Shown here one piece after another: positions 55,543 through 64,000 of a DNA stretch of 64,000 nucleotides (positions are counted from its first letter, which is position 1; the number at the start of each line of letters is the position of its first letter). Both the position numbers and the translations under genes were made by a program. The DNA is taken from sequence record ON862890.1; one strand, written 5' to 3'. Under the pieces are notes generated by a model. It saw only the letters and a list, made by a program, of their open reading frames with translations. It made no database searches and had not been told where the DNA came from. Source of the stretch: Escherichia phage A221.

Positions 55543-56187
55543 TTATTTCTTGAATAAACGAAGGAACTTCATCATGTTTTCCATGAAAGTCGGCTTCTTG
55601 ACCTTTTGTTTTACCGGAGCGCCCTGATCATTCAGAACACGATTGGCCGGAGGAGTTGGATTCAAAGATTTAATTGCCTGATTCAAATCGGAATTATCCA
55701 CGACACCCACTTCTTCACCGACCGTAACGCATGGTTTGATTAGAACGGATTTCTTAGACTGCTCATACTGATGAGCGATATCCAGATATTTCTTGCGCTC
55801 TGCGTAGAAATCAACAGACTTGACCTTGCGACGACGCCAATTGGCGCTTTCTTCGCCATAGAAATCATATCCGTTTCTGATCAGCCAGTGCACGGCTTGT
55901 TCAAACGAACCGAAGACCATAAGTGGAGCGCCCTGGCCTTTCTCAGATTGTTCCAGGCTACCATAACCCATCAGCACAACCTGGCCTTTGATACTCAAAT
56001 CAAACGTCATACCAAGGTTCGGGATGTTTTTATCGCGGCGGAAGAACCCGCCATCACGGTAGACGTAAACAGGCGACAGGAACTCATTCAGAGTACGCTT
56101 GACACCCTTGTATTGGAAGAGTCTGACAATTGGAGGGGTGTCATGGGAAATCACTTCGTTCAATTCCCAGATAGAAACATTACGCAT
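55543..56187 (-). CDS. hypothetical protein
   Basis: 214 codons. Confidence 0.5.
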   Translation of the reverse strand: MRNVSIWELNEVISHDTPPIVRLFQYKGVKRTLNEFLSPVYVYRDGGFFRRDKNIPNLGMTFDLSIKGQVVLMGYGSLEQSEKGQGAPLMVFGSFEQAVHWLIRNGYDFYGEESANWRRRKVKSVDFYAERKKYLDIAHQYEQSKKSVLIKPCVTVGEEVGVVDNSDLNQAIKSLNPTPPANRVLNDQGAPVKQKVKKPTFMENMMKFLRLFKK

Positions 56188-56227
56188 TAGTGTATCCTCA
56201 AATCTATGATAGGGGGTTAACGGTTAA

Positions 56228-56255
56228 ATTTTAAACCCCCTTTGTATCATTGAAC
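56228..56255 (-). promoter_or_regulatory. promoter candidate GTTCAAT-N15-TAAAAT
   Basis: Minus-strand box 56249-56255, -10 56228-56233, upstream of gene starting 56187. Confidence 0.3.
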
Positions 56256-56309
56256 AAACTATGATAAAGGAGGACATGCTTGGGCCGATAAGAAGATAAT
56301 AAGACAGGG

Positions 56310-56340
56310 ATAAAAAGAAAGCCGGATAGGATATCCGGCT
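56310..56340 (-). terminator. rho-independent terminator ending tRNA transcription unit
   Basis: GCCGGATA-gga-TATCCGGC then UUUCUUUUU on minus strand. Confidence 0.55.
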
Positions 56341-56557
56341 ATACCACATCGATGGGATGGGTTGAAAGACTACACGCTTGCACTGGTACTACCCTATGGG
56401 AGAGCGCGTCAGGAGTCGAACCTGAAGTCGTCGACGTAGAGAAAGCTATTTGCATTTCACTATCCTCGCCTCGATTTTCTTAACTTCCTAAACACCCCGA
56501 TTACGAGAGAGTCGACATGCACATCTTCTAACTCTTCAGGAAGTCACGCCCGTAATT

Positions 56558-56646
56558 TGGCGGAAGGTGAAGGATTCGAACCTTCGGGGGCTAAAAGCCC
56601 CACTCGATTAGCAGTCGAGTCCCTTAAACCTCTCGGGCAACCTTCC
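56558..56646 (-). tRNA. tRNA-Ser (anticodon GCU)
   Basis: Cloverleaf folded by hand: acceptor GGAAGGT/ACCTTCC, anticodon loop CTGCTAA, long variable arm, T-arm GAAGG-TTCGAAT-CCTTC, CCA encoded. Confidence 0.85.
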
Positions 56647-56899
56647 AATTTGGACGGGCTTCACACCCGATTGAGCATTTGATCTGCCGTAGCCCAACTC
56701 CCCGCGCTTCTCAGCGCCGATTGGTTAACTGGCGACCAGTGCCTTCTGGTTCGATCTCCTGGAACTTTACAGGCTTTGCGCCCGACCATTTCTGGAAGTT
56801 GGGGCATCGTTTCCGATGCGGAGTCATCCCCATTTTATACACAGCTGGCTGCAACGCTTACTGTGTTTGTCGGAGTGTTATGTTTCACACCCCTTAACA

Positions 56900-56976
56900 T
56901 GGTGATCCTGATTGGGTTTGAACCAATGACCAATGAATTATGAGTTCACTGCTCTAACCAACTGAGCTACAGGACC
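56900..56976 (-). tRNA. tRNA with CAU anticodon (Met, or Ile if lysidine-modified)
   Basis: Acceptor GGTCCTG/CAGGATC, D-arm GCTC-AGTTGGTTA-GAGC, anticodon loop CTCATAA, T-arm ATTGG-TTCAAAC-CCAAT, CCA encoded. Confidence 0.85.
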
Positions 56977-58990
56977 AAATTATTGTGTACCAACCAAGGA
57001 CTGTCAACCCTTTATCCCGTTTGTGCATGATCAGTTCATGCATGCCTGTTTGTGCGCCTCACGGCATGCGCTTCTGTGGGTCTTTGGCTTGCACCATAGC
57101 CTCGCCACAGGCGTTTATTTTTCCAGGGCTTTCCACTTACAAGTCTTAACCAGACCGGGATACGGGCTTGTAAGATCGGGTTGGACACAACTTTGATAGC
57201 TCTGGTACTAAAGATCCCGCGTCACCCATAGACATGGTTTATAAAATCCAGAGCCATCAAAGTTGCAACCAAATGTTACAACTCGCAGCTTCCATACAGA
57301 AGCAACTTGTCCTCTAACGCTCGGACCAAACTAGGCTGGCTGGCTGGTTGATTCAGAGCCGCTGGTTGCTCCAGCAAGCATGGGTTGATAGCCCGGCAAC
57401 ATAGAATCACCCAAAGATGAAGAACATTCATGACTCACATCACACCACGAATGGTCTGAAAGAGAATCGAACTCTTTAAATGCTCTTCATTTTGTGAACT
57501 TGAGAATACTACGCCTGTCTCGGGTTTCCCCTTAGTTCGGCCTCCCAGTCCTCGCCGCGCCGGGTAGCTAACCCTGATGGCTCGTCTGCTACTGAGTTCT
57601 TCTTGGTGCCCACCAGTGTCCGGAATGTGTAGGCATCGCAATCTGCAAGGCATGGTCTATTTCACCCAATGCTCTCTAAAGTTCACAAATCGAAGTGCCC
57701 TGACTCAACAGTATGGCCCAATATGCTGTTATCGTCCACCGGATTGGCCGCCAAATTTGTAGATCAACCTTTGGGTTTAAGATAAATTGTCAAGGCACTT
57801 CGATTTGTGTGCCCTTCACCTGCCAGGGATCAGGGCTGATGGCAAGACTTCGCTCACATCTTTCAAGATACTCGTGAGAATATCCTCAAAGATGTGGAGC
57901 CGTTTTAGGGAGTCGAACCCAAATGCTTGGCCAGCGCTGACCTTACATCCCATCTGACTTAGGCAACCCACCTCTGCTTACTCAGGAGCTTATCCCCTTT
58001 GGACAGTCAGATATAACGGCATTGTCGACGGGAGATTATTAATCACACCCTCCCGTCTATTTTAGTGCGCCGAATTTGGTGATGAGGAATCGGAAGACCT
58101 CACTGACTTATAGGCTGTTACGCCGCCATCAGAACTTCGGAATCATTAGCAGTTATTTGCTTGGTCAGTTTCTAAAAACCCGCAAAGTCACTCACAACGA
58201 AAACGAAAACCTGTTTGAGCACAAGACACCATGTCCTGGGTTCACATCGAAGTGTTTGTCTAATGCCCAAACAGCTTTTCGCTTCAGTGGGTTAACTATA
58301 CTTTGTAACCCGTTATTGATAAAACCTTTTATTTTTGTTGGCGAGGGTATCACCATCGATTTACCGGAACTTACGCATCCGGCCTCGCCTGTTGGTGCTC
58401 CTTCGAATCCGGGAAGATCAGTAGGAACTATGAATCAAGTTAATTCAACCAACAGGAACCTTGTTGCCCTTTGACGCAACATTATGAACCCTCTATGGAA
58501 GACTCATAATGTTGTCGGCGTGATGGAGATTAGCGCCCCCGACCTCCCCTTGTGTTGGTGTCGACTTGCCAACGGGGTGCTCTCTGATTCTGAGCTAATC
58601 ACGCTACAACAGGGAGTTTCGTTCTCCGACGGTCAAGTGCGTCCACTGACACCATGCAAGGTGGATATTGACTTATGGAGCCGGAGTCCTCGTCCTAGGA
58701 CTGTGCTCGGCCTCAGCCTTTACACCGCTGGTAGCCCGACCCTTTACACCATAAAATTTACTATACTACAGCCCAGCTAATTTGAAAAGTCCTCTCCTCT
58801 TTGAGCTACACTGCCCACAGCAGTGCGGACGAACCTTCACTCAAAACCGGATGCGCCGAAGTGGGCGTCTGTTTACCGGACTGATCGGGTAGACCCAGGA
58901 GAGTAAAGGTAATCCCGATCAGGAGGATGAGGAGTAACATCATGTAAAACATAGTGTTCCCTCCCTTCCATGCAACTAACTTTACTGCAA
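56977..58990 (-). other. ORF-free structured region upstream of tRNA genes (candidate non-coding RNA)
   Basis: About 2 kb without credible ORF on either strand; long complementary segments 57188-57205/57248-57265 and 57684-57699/57794-57809. Confidence 0.3.
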
Positions 58991-59009
58991 TTATTTATTG
59001 AATAAAGCG

Positions 59010-59579
59010 TTATTTTAACACTTCTAACTTCACAATACGACGCAGAAGGTAAACATATTCGCCAGCAGCTTCATGCGTCATATAATGGGTAGAAGGTGTG
59101 GAATGAGTGTTCTGGGTTTCTTTTAATCCAACGCGTTCAGCCCAACCATTAATAGAGTTCCCATAGAAACCGATAATCGCGCCAAAATAAATGCGCCCGC
59201 TTTCTGGCTCTAAAACGTAGTTGACAGTGAAGCAAATGTCAGAACGAATAGACTCCAGTTTCATACCAACACGACCTTCAGAGAATTCGTTACGAACATA
59301 TAAATGACGGAAGCGATTGCGCCGTGCTTGTGATGATTCTTCCAATTCTTGTCGAAGTGAAGAAGTTATGTCAATATTAAATGAAAATGTTGGATTTCGT
59401 AAATCAGAACGGGCCAACTCTAACGCAGATTCAATAACGCGACGGAAATTGATACTTTTACCTGTCAGGCGTTTCACTTCATCGGTGATTATTTCAAAAG
59501 GGATTTTCGTGGCGCGTTCCCCTTCGTATTTTGCTAACAAAGGAACAATGTGTTTCATGATTGCTGTGTTAATGTGCAT
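59010..59579 (-). CDS. hypothetical protein
   Basis: 189 codons. Confidence 0.5.
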   Translation of the reverse strand: MHINTAIMKHIVPLLAKYEGERATKIPFEIITDEVKRLTGKSINFRRVIESALELARSDLRNPTFSFNIDITSSLRQELEESSQARRNRFRHLYVRNEFSEGRVGMKLESIRSDICFTVNYVLEPESGRIYFGAIIGFYGNSINGWAERVGLKETQNTHSTPSTHYMTHEAAGEYVYLLRRIVKLEVLK

Positions 59580-59615
59580 TCCGGAGCCTCACTGGATTGA
59601 TTAAATGTCTCCGTT

Positions 59616-59642
59616 ATTATATTGGGAGTATGTTTATTGAAT
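59616..59642 (-). promoter_or_regulatory. promoter candidate ATTCAATAAAC-N10-TATAAT
   Basis: Minus-strand box 59636-59642, -10 59616-59621, about 37 nt upstream of start at 59579. Confidence 0.4.
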
Positions 59643-59944
59643 ATAAACACAGGAATGACCAATAAAATAATGACAGTGATTATTAATAGGTAAAAACTAC
59701 TTTTCTACAACATCAAGAAACTGTATCCTAACGCAGTGCCCTTCGAGTTGTGAGTGTCAACGAACAACGAGAAGCAGCCTCCATGGCTGTGGAATGGTGC
59801 TGCCCGCACAGGGCGGTGTTACGAGCGAGGGCGTCAGCCCCCTCGCGAGTTATATTCGAATAAATTAAACGCGCGCGAGCGTTTTGATTCCCGTTGGCTA
59901 AATATCTTCAACACCATATTCAAACTTAGGTGATGGAGATTATC

Positions 59945-61723
59945 ATGGCCACGCAAACAGTCCCTTCACTCGATGTCAGGGCTTTCGAGTATCTTATCAA
60001 GAAGCGCATGAAAGCTGATCCAACTTTCAAGGATTATGACTTTGAAGGTTCTGGTCTCAGTGCAATCGTGCGTATCTTGGCCTCGGATGCCAACTCTATC
60101 GGGTTCATGCAGAACATGCTGAATGGCGAAAGCCATCTTCACTCTGCTCAACAGCGTTCTAATGTCGGTCTGGCGGCGGGGTTCTTATCTTACACCCCTC
60201 ACAACTACCAGGCCGCGTACCTGTACGCAAACGTCACAGTCACTCCATATGACGCCAGCACGGCTCCAGAAACGATTGTAATGGATCGCCGCGCGATGTT
60301 CATTGGGGTGAAGGATGGCAAATCCTATAACTTCACGGTTGACCAACCTGTGAGCGCCTCTCTTGTAGACGGCTCTTACAAGTTCGAGAACATCAAACTC
60401 ATACAGGGTAACTGGCTGTACAAGTCCTATGATGTGGAAGGCAGCGCGATCTCTACCTATGTGATCCCATCTTCTTCCGTGGACATCGACCATATGGTGG
60501 TGCAGGTGCAGGAATCTGAGACATCTGACGTGCTGTCTACCTTTTCACGATATGTCAGCCCGTTCGATTTGAGCCAGTATGCGCAACTCTACTTCGTTGA
60601 GCTGGGGTTGGACGGGATGTACACGTTCGAATTCGGTGATGGGTATATCTGTAAGCGAGTAGAAGACGGGAACGTCGTGTACCTCCAGTATCTGGAGACA
60701 GCTGGTGCAGACGGCAATGACATCACTGCCTTGTCCTCCGCGTCTTCCATCGGGGGATTCAACCTTGTAGATGTTGAGCTGGTGTCAGAGCGTTCTTCCG
60801 GTGGTGCGGACCCAGAGAGCATTGAGGACATCAAGCGCCTTGCTCCGCTGGCTTATCAGGCTGAGGGTGCGGCAGTGGCCGAAGTCGATTATGCTGTGTT
60901 GACCGAGCGTCTGTTCTCCAACGTCTCCCGCGCCAAAGCATATGGCGGCGACACGCTCTCTCCGCCCGACTCCGGATACGTTTACATTGCTGTGATACCT
61001 TCTGTTGGTGAGGCGCTCTCGGACGCTGAGAAGGCAGATATCGTGGCGACGTTAGACAAGTACAATGTGGGCACGATCACACCCAAGATTGTCGACGCTG
61101 AACTGACTTATGTTGATGTCACCACCCGCGTGTTCTGGGATCCGACTTCCACGTCCTATACCGAAGAGCAGTTGAAGACAGTCGTGAAGAACGGTGTTGT
61201 CAACTGGGGCTTGGGGAACCTAGAAGGATTCGACGAACTGTTCGATAAAGAGCAGTTACAGTCGGCCATCACCGACATGGACAGATCGATAGTGTCAAAC
61301 ATCACTTCTGTGAAGTACAAGCGCCATTTCAAGCCAGACTATGGGGTACTGGACAGCTTCACGTTCGATTATGGGCGCTCGATTGCGTCTGGTTCTGTGC
61401 GTATCAGTGGGTTTAAGCCGCTTCCGGCCGAGGTCGACTTCACTTACTACATGCGCGACGTCAGTGGTGTCCTGAATATGTACAAGGTGAGTACAACAGA
61501 CACGACCAAGGAATATCTGGTACAAGCTGTTGGAACAGTTGATTATATGACTGGCGTTGTTGAACTCCAGCGTATCATAGTATCCAACTACAACACTGAG
61601 GGTATGACAATAATTGTGTCTCCAGACGGTCTTGACCAGAACATTCAGGCCACACAGAATCAGGTGCTCCGCATCGGTGCTGTAACTGTGGAGCCGGAGG
61701 TGCGTTATGTCCAAAGATCTTAA
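59945..61723 (+). CDS. 6: baseplate wedge protein (T4 gp6 / Baseplate_J family)
   Basis: DYDFEGSGLSAIVRILASDANSIGFMQ... aligns with T4 gp6 DYDFEGSRLNVLCDLLAYNTLYIQQ...; start at ATG 59945 (GGAGA RBS). Confidence 0.7.
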   Translation: MATQTVPSLDVRAFEYLIKKRMKADPTFKDYDFEGSGLSAIVRILASDANSIGFMQNMLNGESHLHSAQQRSNVGLAAGFLSYTPHNYQAAYLYANVTVTPYDASTAPETIVMDRRAMFIGVKDGKSYNFTVDQPVSASLVDGSYKFENIKLIQGNWLYKSYDVEGSAISTYVIPSSSVDIDHMVVQVQESETSDVLSTFSRYVSPFDLSQYAQLYFVELGLDGMYTFEFGDGYICKRVEDGNVVYLQYLETAGADGNDITALSSASSIGGFNLVDVELVSERSSGGADPESIEDIKRLAPLAYQAEGAAVAEVDYAVLTERLFSNVSRAKAYGGDTLSPPDSGYVYIAVIPSVGEALSDAEKADIVATLDKYNVGTITPKIVDAELTYVDVTTRVFWDPTSTSYTEEQLKTVVKNGVVNWGLGNLEGFDELFDKEQLQSAITDMDRSIVSNITSVKYKRHFKPDYGVLDSFTFDYGRSIASGSVRISGFKPLPAEVDFTYYMRDVSGVLNMYKVSTTDTTKEYLVQAVGTVDYMTGVVELQRIIVSNYNTEGMTIIVSPDGLDQNIQATQNQVLRIGAVTVEPEVRYVQRS

Positions 61724-62561
61724 TAACGGACACAATGGGGTGAAATATGAAACCCCATTGTTTTACCAGAATGAATTCCCAGTATTCATCGAGTTTATGG
61801 ATACGTTCTTCAACTGGTTGTATCGCCAGCAGGGATTCACCGAAGAGGAGATCTTGGCGTATCTGGCAGACACTGGTGGTTGGGTGAACCCAAATACGGA
61901 TCAGTCTCCTATTGAGCAGTTGATTGACATCAAGAAGCGCAAGACGCCAGGTACTGAGGCCAAAGACTTCTTGGAAGACAAGTTCCTGACGCGCACGTTT
62001 GAGAACATGATGGCGCTAGATTTCGAAGATTTGCTGGACTTGGACGGTCGGCCATTAATCTCAATGGAAGACAAGAACGAACGCATCGACGATTGGTATG
62101 CTGATTTTGGATTCCAGAGAACGGTTGATAAGTCCTTCCTGGAGTTCGGGAAGTTTGTGCCAGTTGGTTCGGACAGTTTAGTGACTTCAGACGGAGACAC
62201 ACTCTCTGTGTATGTCGAGGGAACTGAACGCCGGACGCTGGACCATGTACGCTGGTTGAAGTTGCTTAAACACATTTATCGCATTCGCGGGACGAAGAAA
62301 GCGATTGAATTGTTCTTCTGGATTTACTTTGGTTGCCCAGTGAGTGTGTATTATCCCAAGGAAGCAATTGGTGGCCTAGATGACAACTTTGAATGTGACG
62401 GCGCGACAGGAATGCGTGACGATTACTACTATGATGAATTCACGTATGTGATAAGAGTTCCTGGCAACGTATCTGATTTTGAAGGTGTGTTTGATCGCGT
62501 CTTCCGTCAGCATTTCCATCCTGCTGGGTTTACTGTATTCCTAGAAAGTTCAAGGAGTTAA
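61707..62561 (+). CDS. baseplate/tail-associated protein (unassigned)
   Basis: GGAGGTG RBS; 284 codons immediately after gp6-like gene. Confidence 0.4.
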   Translation: MSKDLNNGHNGVKYETPLFYQNEFPVFIEFMDTFFNWLYRQQGFTEEEILAYLADTGGWVNPNTDQSPIEQLIDIKKRKTPGTEAKDFLEDKFLTRTFENMMALDFEDLLDLDGRPLISMEDKNERIDDWYADFGFQRTVDKSFLEFGKFVPVGSDSLVTSDGDTLSVYVEGTERRTLDHVRWLKLLKHIYRIRGTKKAIELFFWIYFGCPVSVYYPKEAIGGLDDNFECDGATGMRDDYYYDEFTYVIRVPGNVSDFEGVFDRVFRQHFHPAGFTVFLESSRS

Positions 62562-62563
62562 AA

Positions 62564-63835
62564 ATGGCCGATTTTCTGAGTCGATACACAGGTCAGCAGA
62601 TTGATGCAATCCTTTCTTCTGTTGACGATAAAATAAGCAAAACTGATGTTGTCAACGATTTCGCTGTTGATGATCCGTTGTTCCCTCCTTCGGCTCATTT
62701 GACATACGAGCTGAAGCGTTCTGTGGATAATATCTACGACACACTGGAAAACAAAGTGATCCGTACCGACGGTGGTGAACAAACGATCAACGGGAACAAG
62801 ACTTTTGCTGCGTTGTTGACCGCCAACGGCGGCCTGACTGTTCCGGCTGGAAAGAAACTGTCTATCATGGATGAACCTATGGTAGCGACAGATGGTGTTA
62901 ACCTGAGCATGTTGAGAAAGCATGGTGTCAGTGAAGACACTACCCCACCTGGTTCTGGTTTGGCTGGGGAGTTGTTGGCATCCGGATATTACAAATTCAA
63001 TTTGGATTTCACCAGATTGTCTGCGTATACCGGATCAACGATGCCGACTTCAATTCCAGTACAAACAGATTCTGGAGCGCGTTATTGGACAATGACTGCA
63101 TTTTTTGATGCGTTGTTTGCAGATAACCGATTTAATGGATATGTGACAACGACAGCGTATGACGCAGATATGCTGAGTCTAGAGTCCCAGATTAATAACA
63201 TCAACACGTCGTTGAACGGGAAAGTCAACACATCGACTTACAACACGAAGATGGCGTCGTTGGATTTGAGTATCTCCAATATCAATACGTCTCTGGGTAA
63301 TAAAGTCGAGGTCAGCACGTACAACACGAAGATGGCGTCGTTGGATTTGAGTATCTCCAATATCAATACGTCTCTGGGTAATAAAGTCGAGGTCAGCACG
63401 TACAACACGAAGATGGCATCTCTGGATAACAGCATCAGTTCTCTTTCCAGTGATAAAGTTAATGTATCAACGTATAATGCCAAGATGACCTCTGTCGACA
63501 ATAGTTTAGGGAACGCCGTTTATCGTACCAAAACGAATTTGTCTTCTTACACGGTTTCGGCTTCTGGGACGACGGCTCTTCCAGATTTTGATTTGGTGAA
63601 CCTTTGTCAAATACTGGTGACCGCGCAATGGGGAACAGGTAACGTTGTTGATACATATCGAGTAACCATAACTCGCGACGGAACGATCAAATCGGAGTTG
63701 TTAGTTCAGAAGTCCACTTCTGGTACAGTGACGTTCACAGGGGCTGTGGTGGGTGGTAAATTGAGAATTTCCGTTGTTAATGCGAATACGACGACTGCGT
63801 GCTCCGTTGACTACAATCTAGTCGCTTCTTTCTAA
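62564..63835 (+). CDS. tail fibre protein with 27-aa tandem repeats
   Basis: AGGAG RBS; Ser/Thr/Asn-rich fibre-like composition; repeated VSTYNTKMASLDLSISNINTSLGNKVE modules. Confidence 0.55.
   Translation: MADFLSRYTGQQIDAILSSVDDKISKTDVVNDFAVDDPLFPPSAHLTYELKRSVDNIYDTLENKVIRTDGGEQTINGNKTFAALLTANGGLTVPAGKKLSIMDEPMVATDGVNLSMLRKHGVSEDTTPPGSGLAGELLASGYYKFNLDFTRLSAYTGSTMPTSIPVQTDSGARYWTMTAFFDALFADNRFNGYVTTTAYDADMLSLESQINNINTSLNGKVNTSTYNTKMASLDLSISNINTSLGNKVEVSTYNTKMASLDLSISNINTSLGNKVEVSTYNTKMASLDNSISSLSSDKVNVSTYNAKMTSVDNSLGNAVYRTKTNLSSYTVSASGTTALPDFDLVNLCQILVTAQWGTGNVVDTYRVTITRDGTIKSELLVQKSTSGTVTFTGAVVGGKLRISVVNANTTTACSVDYNLVASF
63239..63417 (+). repeat. perfect 81-bp tandem direct repeat inside tail-fibre gene
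   Basis: Units 63239-63319 and 63320-63400 identical, third copy diverges after 17 nt; in-frame 27-codon modules. Confidence 0.9.
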
Positions 63836-63845
63836 AGTGAAAACT

Positions 63846-63884
63846 AAATACCCCTAGATGAAACGAACACATTTAGGGGTATTT
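63846..63884 (+). other. AT-rich hairpin overlapping RBS of downstream gene
   Basis: AAATACCCCTA (63846-63856) pairs with TAGGGGTATTT (63874-63884); 3' arm contains the Shine-Dalgarno for ATG 63888. Confidence 0.35.
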
Positions 63885-63887
63885 GAA

Positions 63888-64000
63888 ATGGCTAATAAAC
63901 CAACACAGCCTGTTTTCCCTCTCGGTCTGGCGGCTGAAGAGCAGTCTACTTTGGCTGGTGTCCTCAACACGGGTACGATTGAGCATGGACCAGATGCTGT
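63888..64000 (+). CDS. hypothetical structural protein, N-terminal part (continues past window)
   Basis: ATG 63888 then open frame to window end. Confidence 0.4.
   Translation, partial: MANKPTQPVFPLGLAAEEQSTLAGVLNTGTIEHGPDA

Noticed and set aside
56398-56470. Third tRNA suggested by a T-loop-like CAGGTTCGACTCCTG element
   Set aside because: No complementary acceptor stem, no D-arm, anticodon arm cannot be formed, and 3' end reads CCC not CCA; left unannotated as a possible tRNA remnant.
57890-57990. tRNA-like 3' end (GGGTTCGACTCCC ... CCA)
   Set aside because: T-stem only 3-4 bp and no matching 5' acceptor strand within 100 nt; treated as part of the structured ORF-free region.
56679-58780. 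Track ORFs 56679-56897, 57435-57653, 57577-57762, 58076-58474, 58484-58780 as protein genes
   Set aside because: Low-complexity Arg/Ser/Pro-rich translations, no Shine-Dalgarno, TTG or weak starts, and they overlap tRNA genes or long RNA stems.
63239-63417. Possible CRISPR array suggested by identical 81-bp direct repeats
   Set aside because: Repeats are contiguous with no spacers, in frame inside a tail-fibre ORF, and encode a repeated peptide module.
1-64000. Prophage integration machinery, IS elements or transposases
   Set aside because: No integrase, recombinase-directionality, transposase motifs or terminal inverted repeats seen; the only mobile elements are homing endonuclease genes and the intron.

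Overview
Dense dsDNA phage segment with T4-like myovirus architecture. Replication and recombination core on both strands: UvsX, gp41 helicase, DNA ligase, topoisomerase II (large and medium subunits), rIIA/rIIB, DexA-like exonuclease, dCMP deaminase, and a family-B DNA polymerase interrupted by a 465-nt ORF-less group I intron. A translationally coupled early operon (1661-5025) encodes a P-loop kinase, a thymidylate-synthase-family hydroxymethylase-like enzyme, a dNMP kinase and a MazG-like NTPase. Elsewhere a second P-loop kinase with a 411-aa neighbour (42966-45664) and a PLP-dependent enzyme (54199-55473) complete what I read as a candidate pyrimidine (probably thymidine) hypermodification system; this is inference from motifs and gene context, not a search result. 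Other content: three homing endonuclease genes (two HNH, one frameshifted; one GIY-YIG), a macro-domain protein, a metallophosphoesterase gene broken by an in-frame TAG, two minus-strand tRNAs (Ser-GCU, CAU) next to an about 2 kb ORF-free region with long-range complementary segments, baseplate/tail genes, and a tail-fibre gene with a perfect 81-bp tandem repeat. All protein calls are by-eye motif recognition; no database search was run. Coordinates of small RNA and regulatory elements may be off by a base or two.
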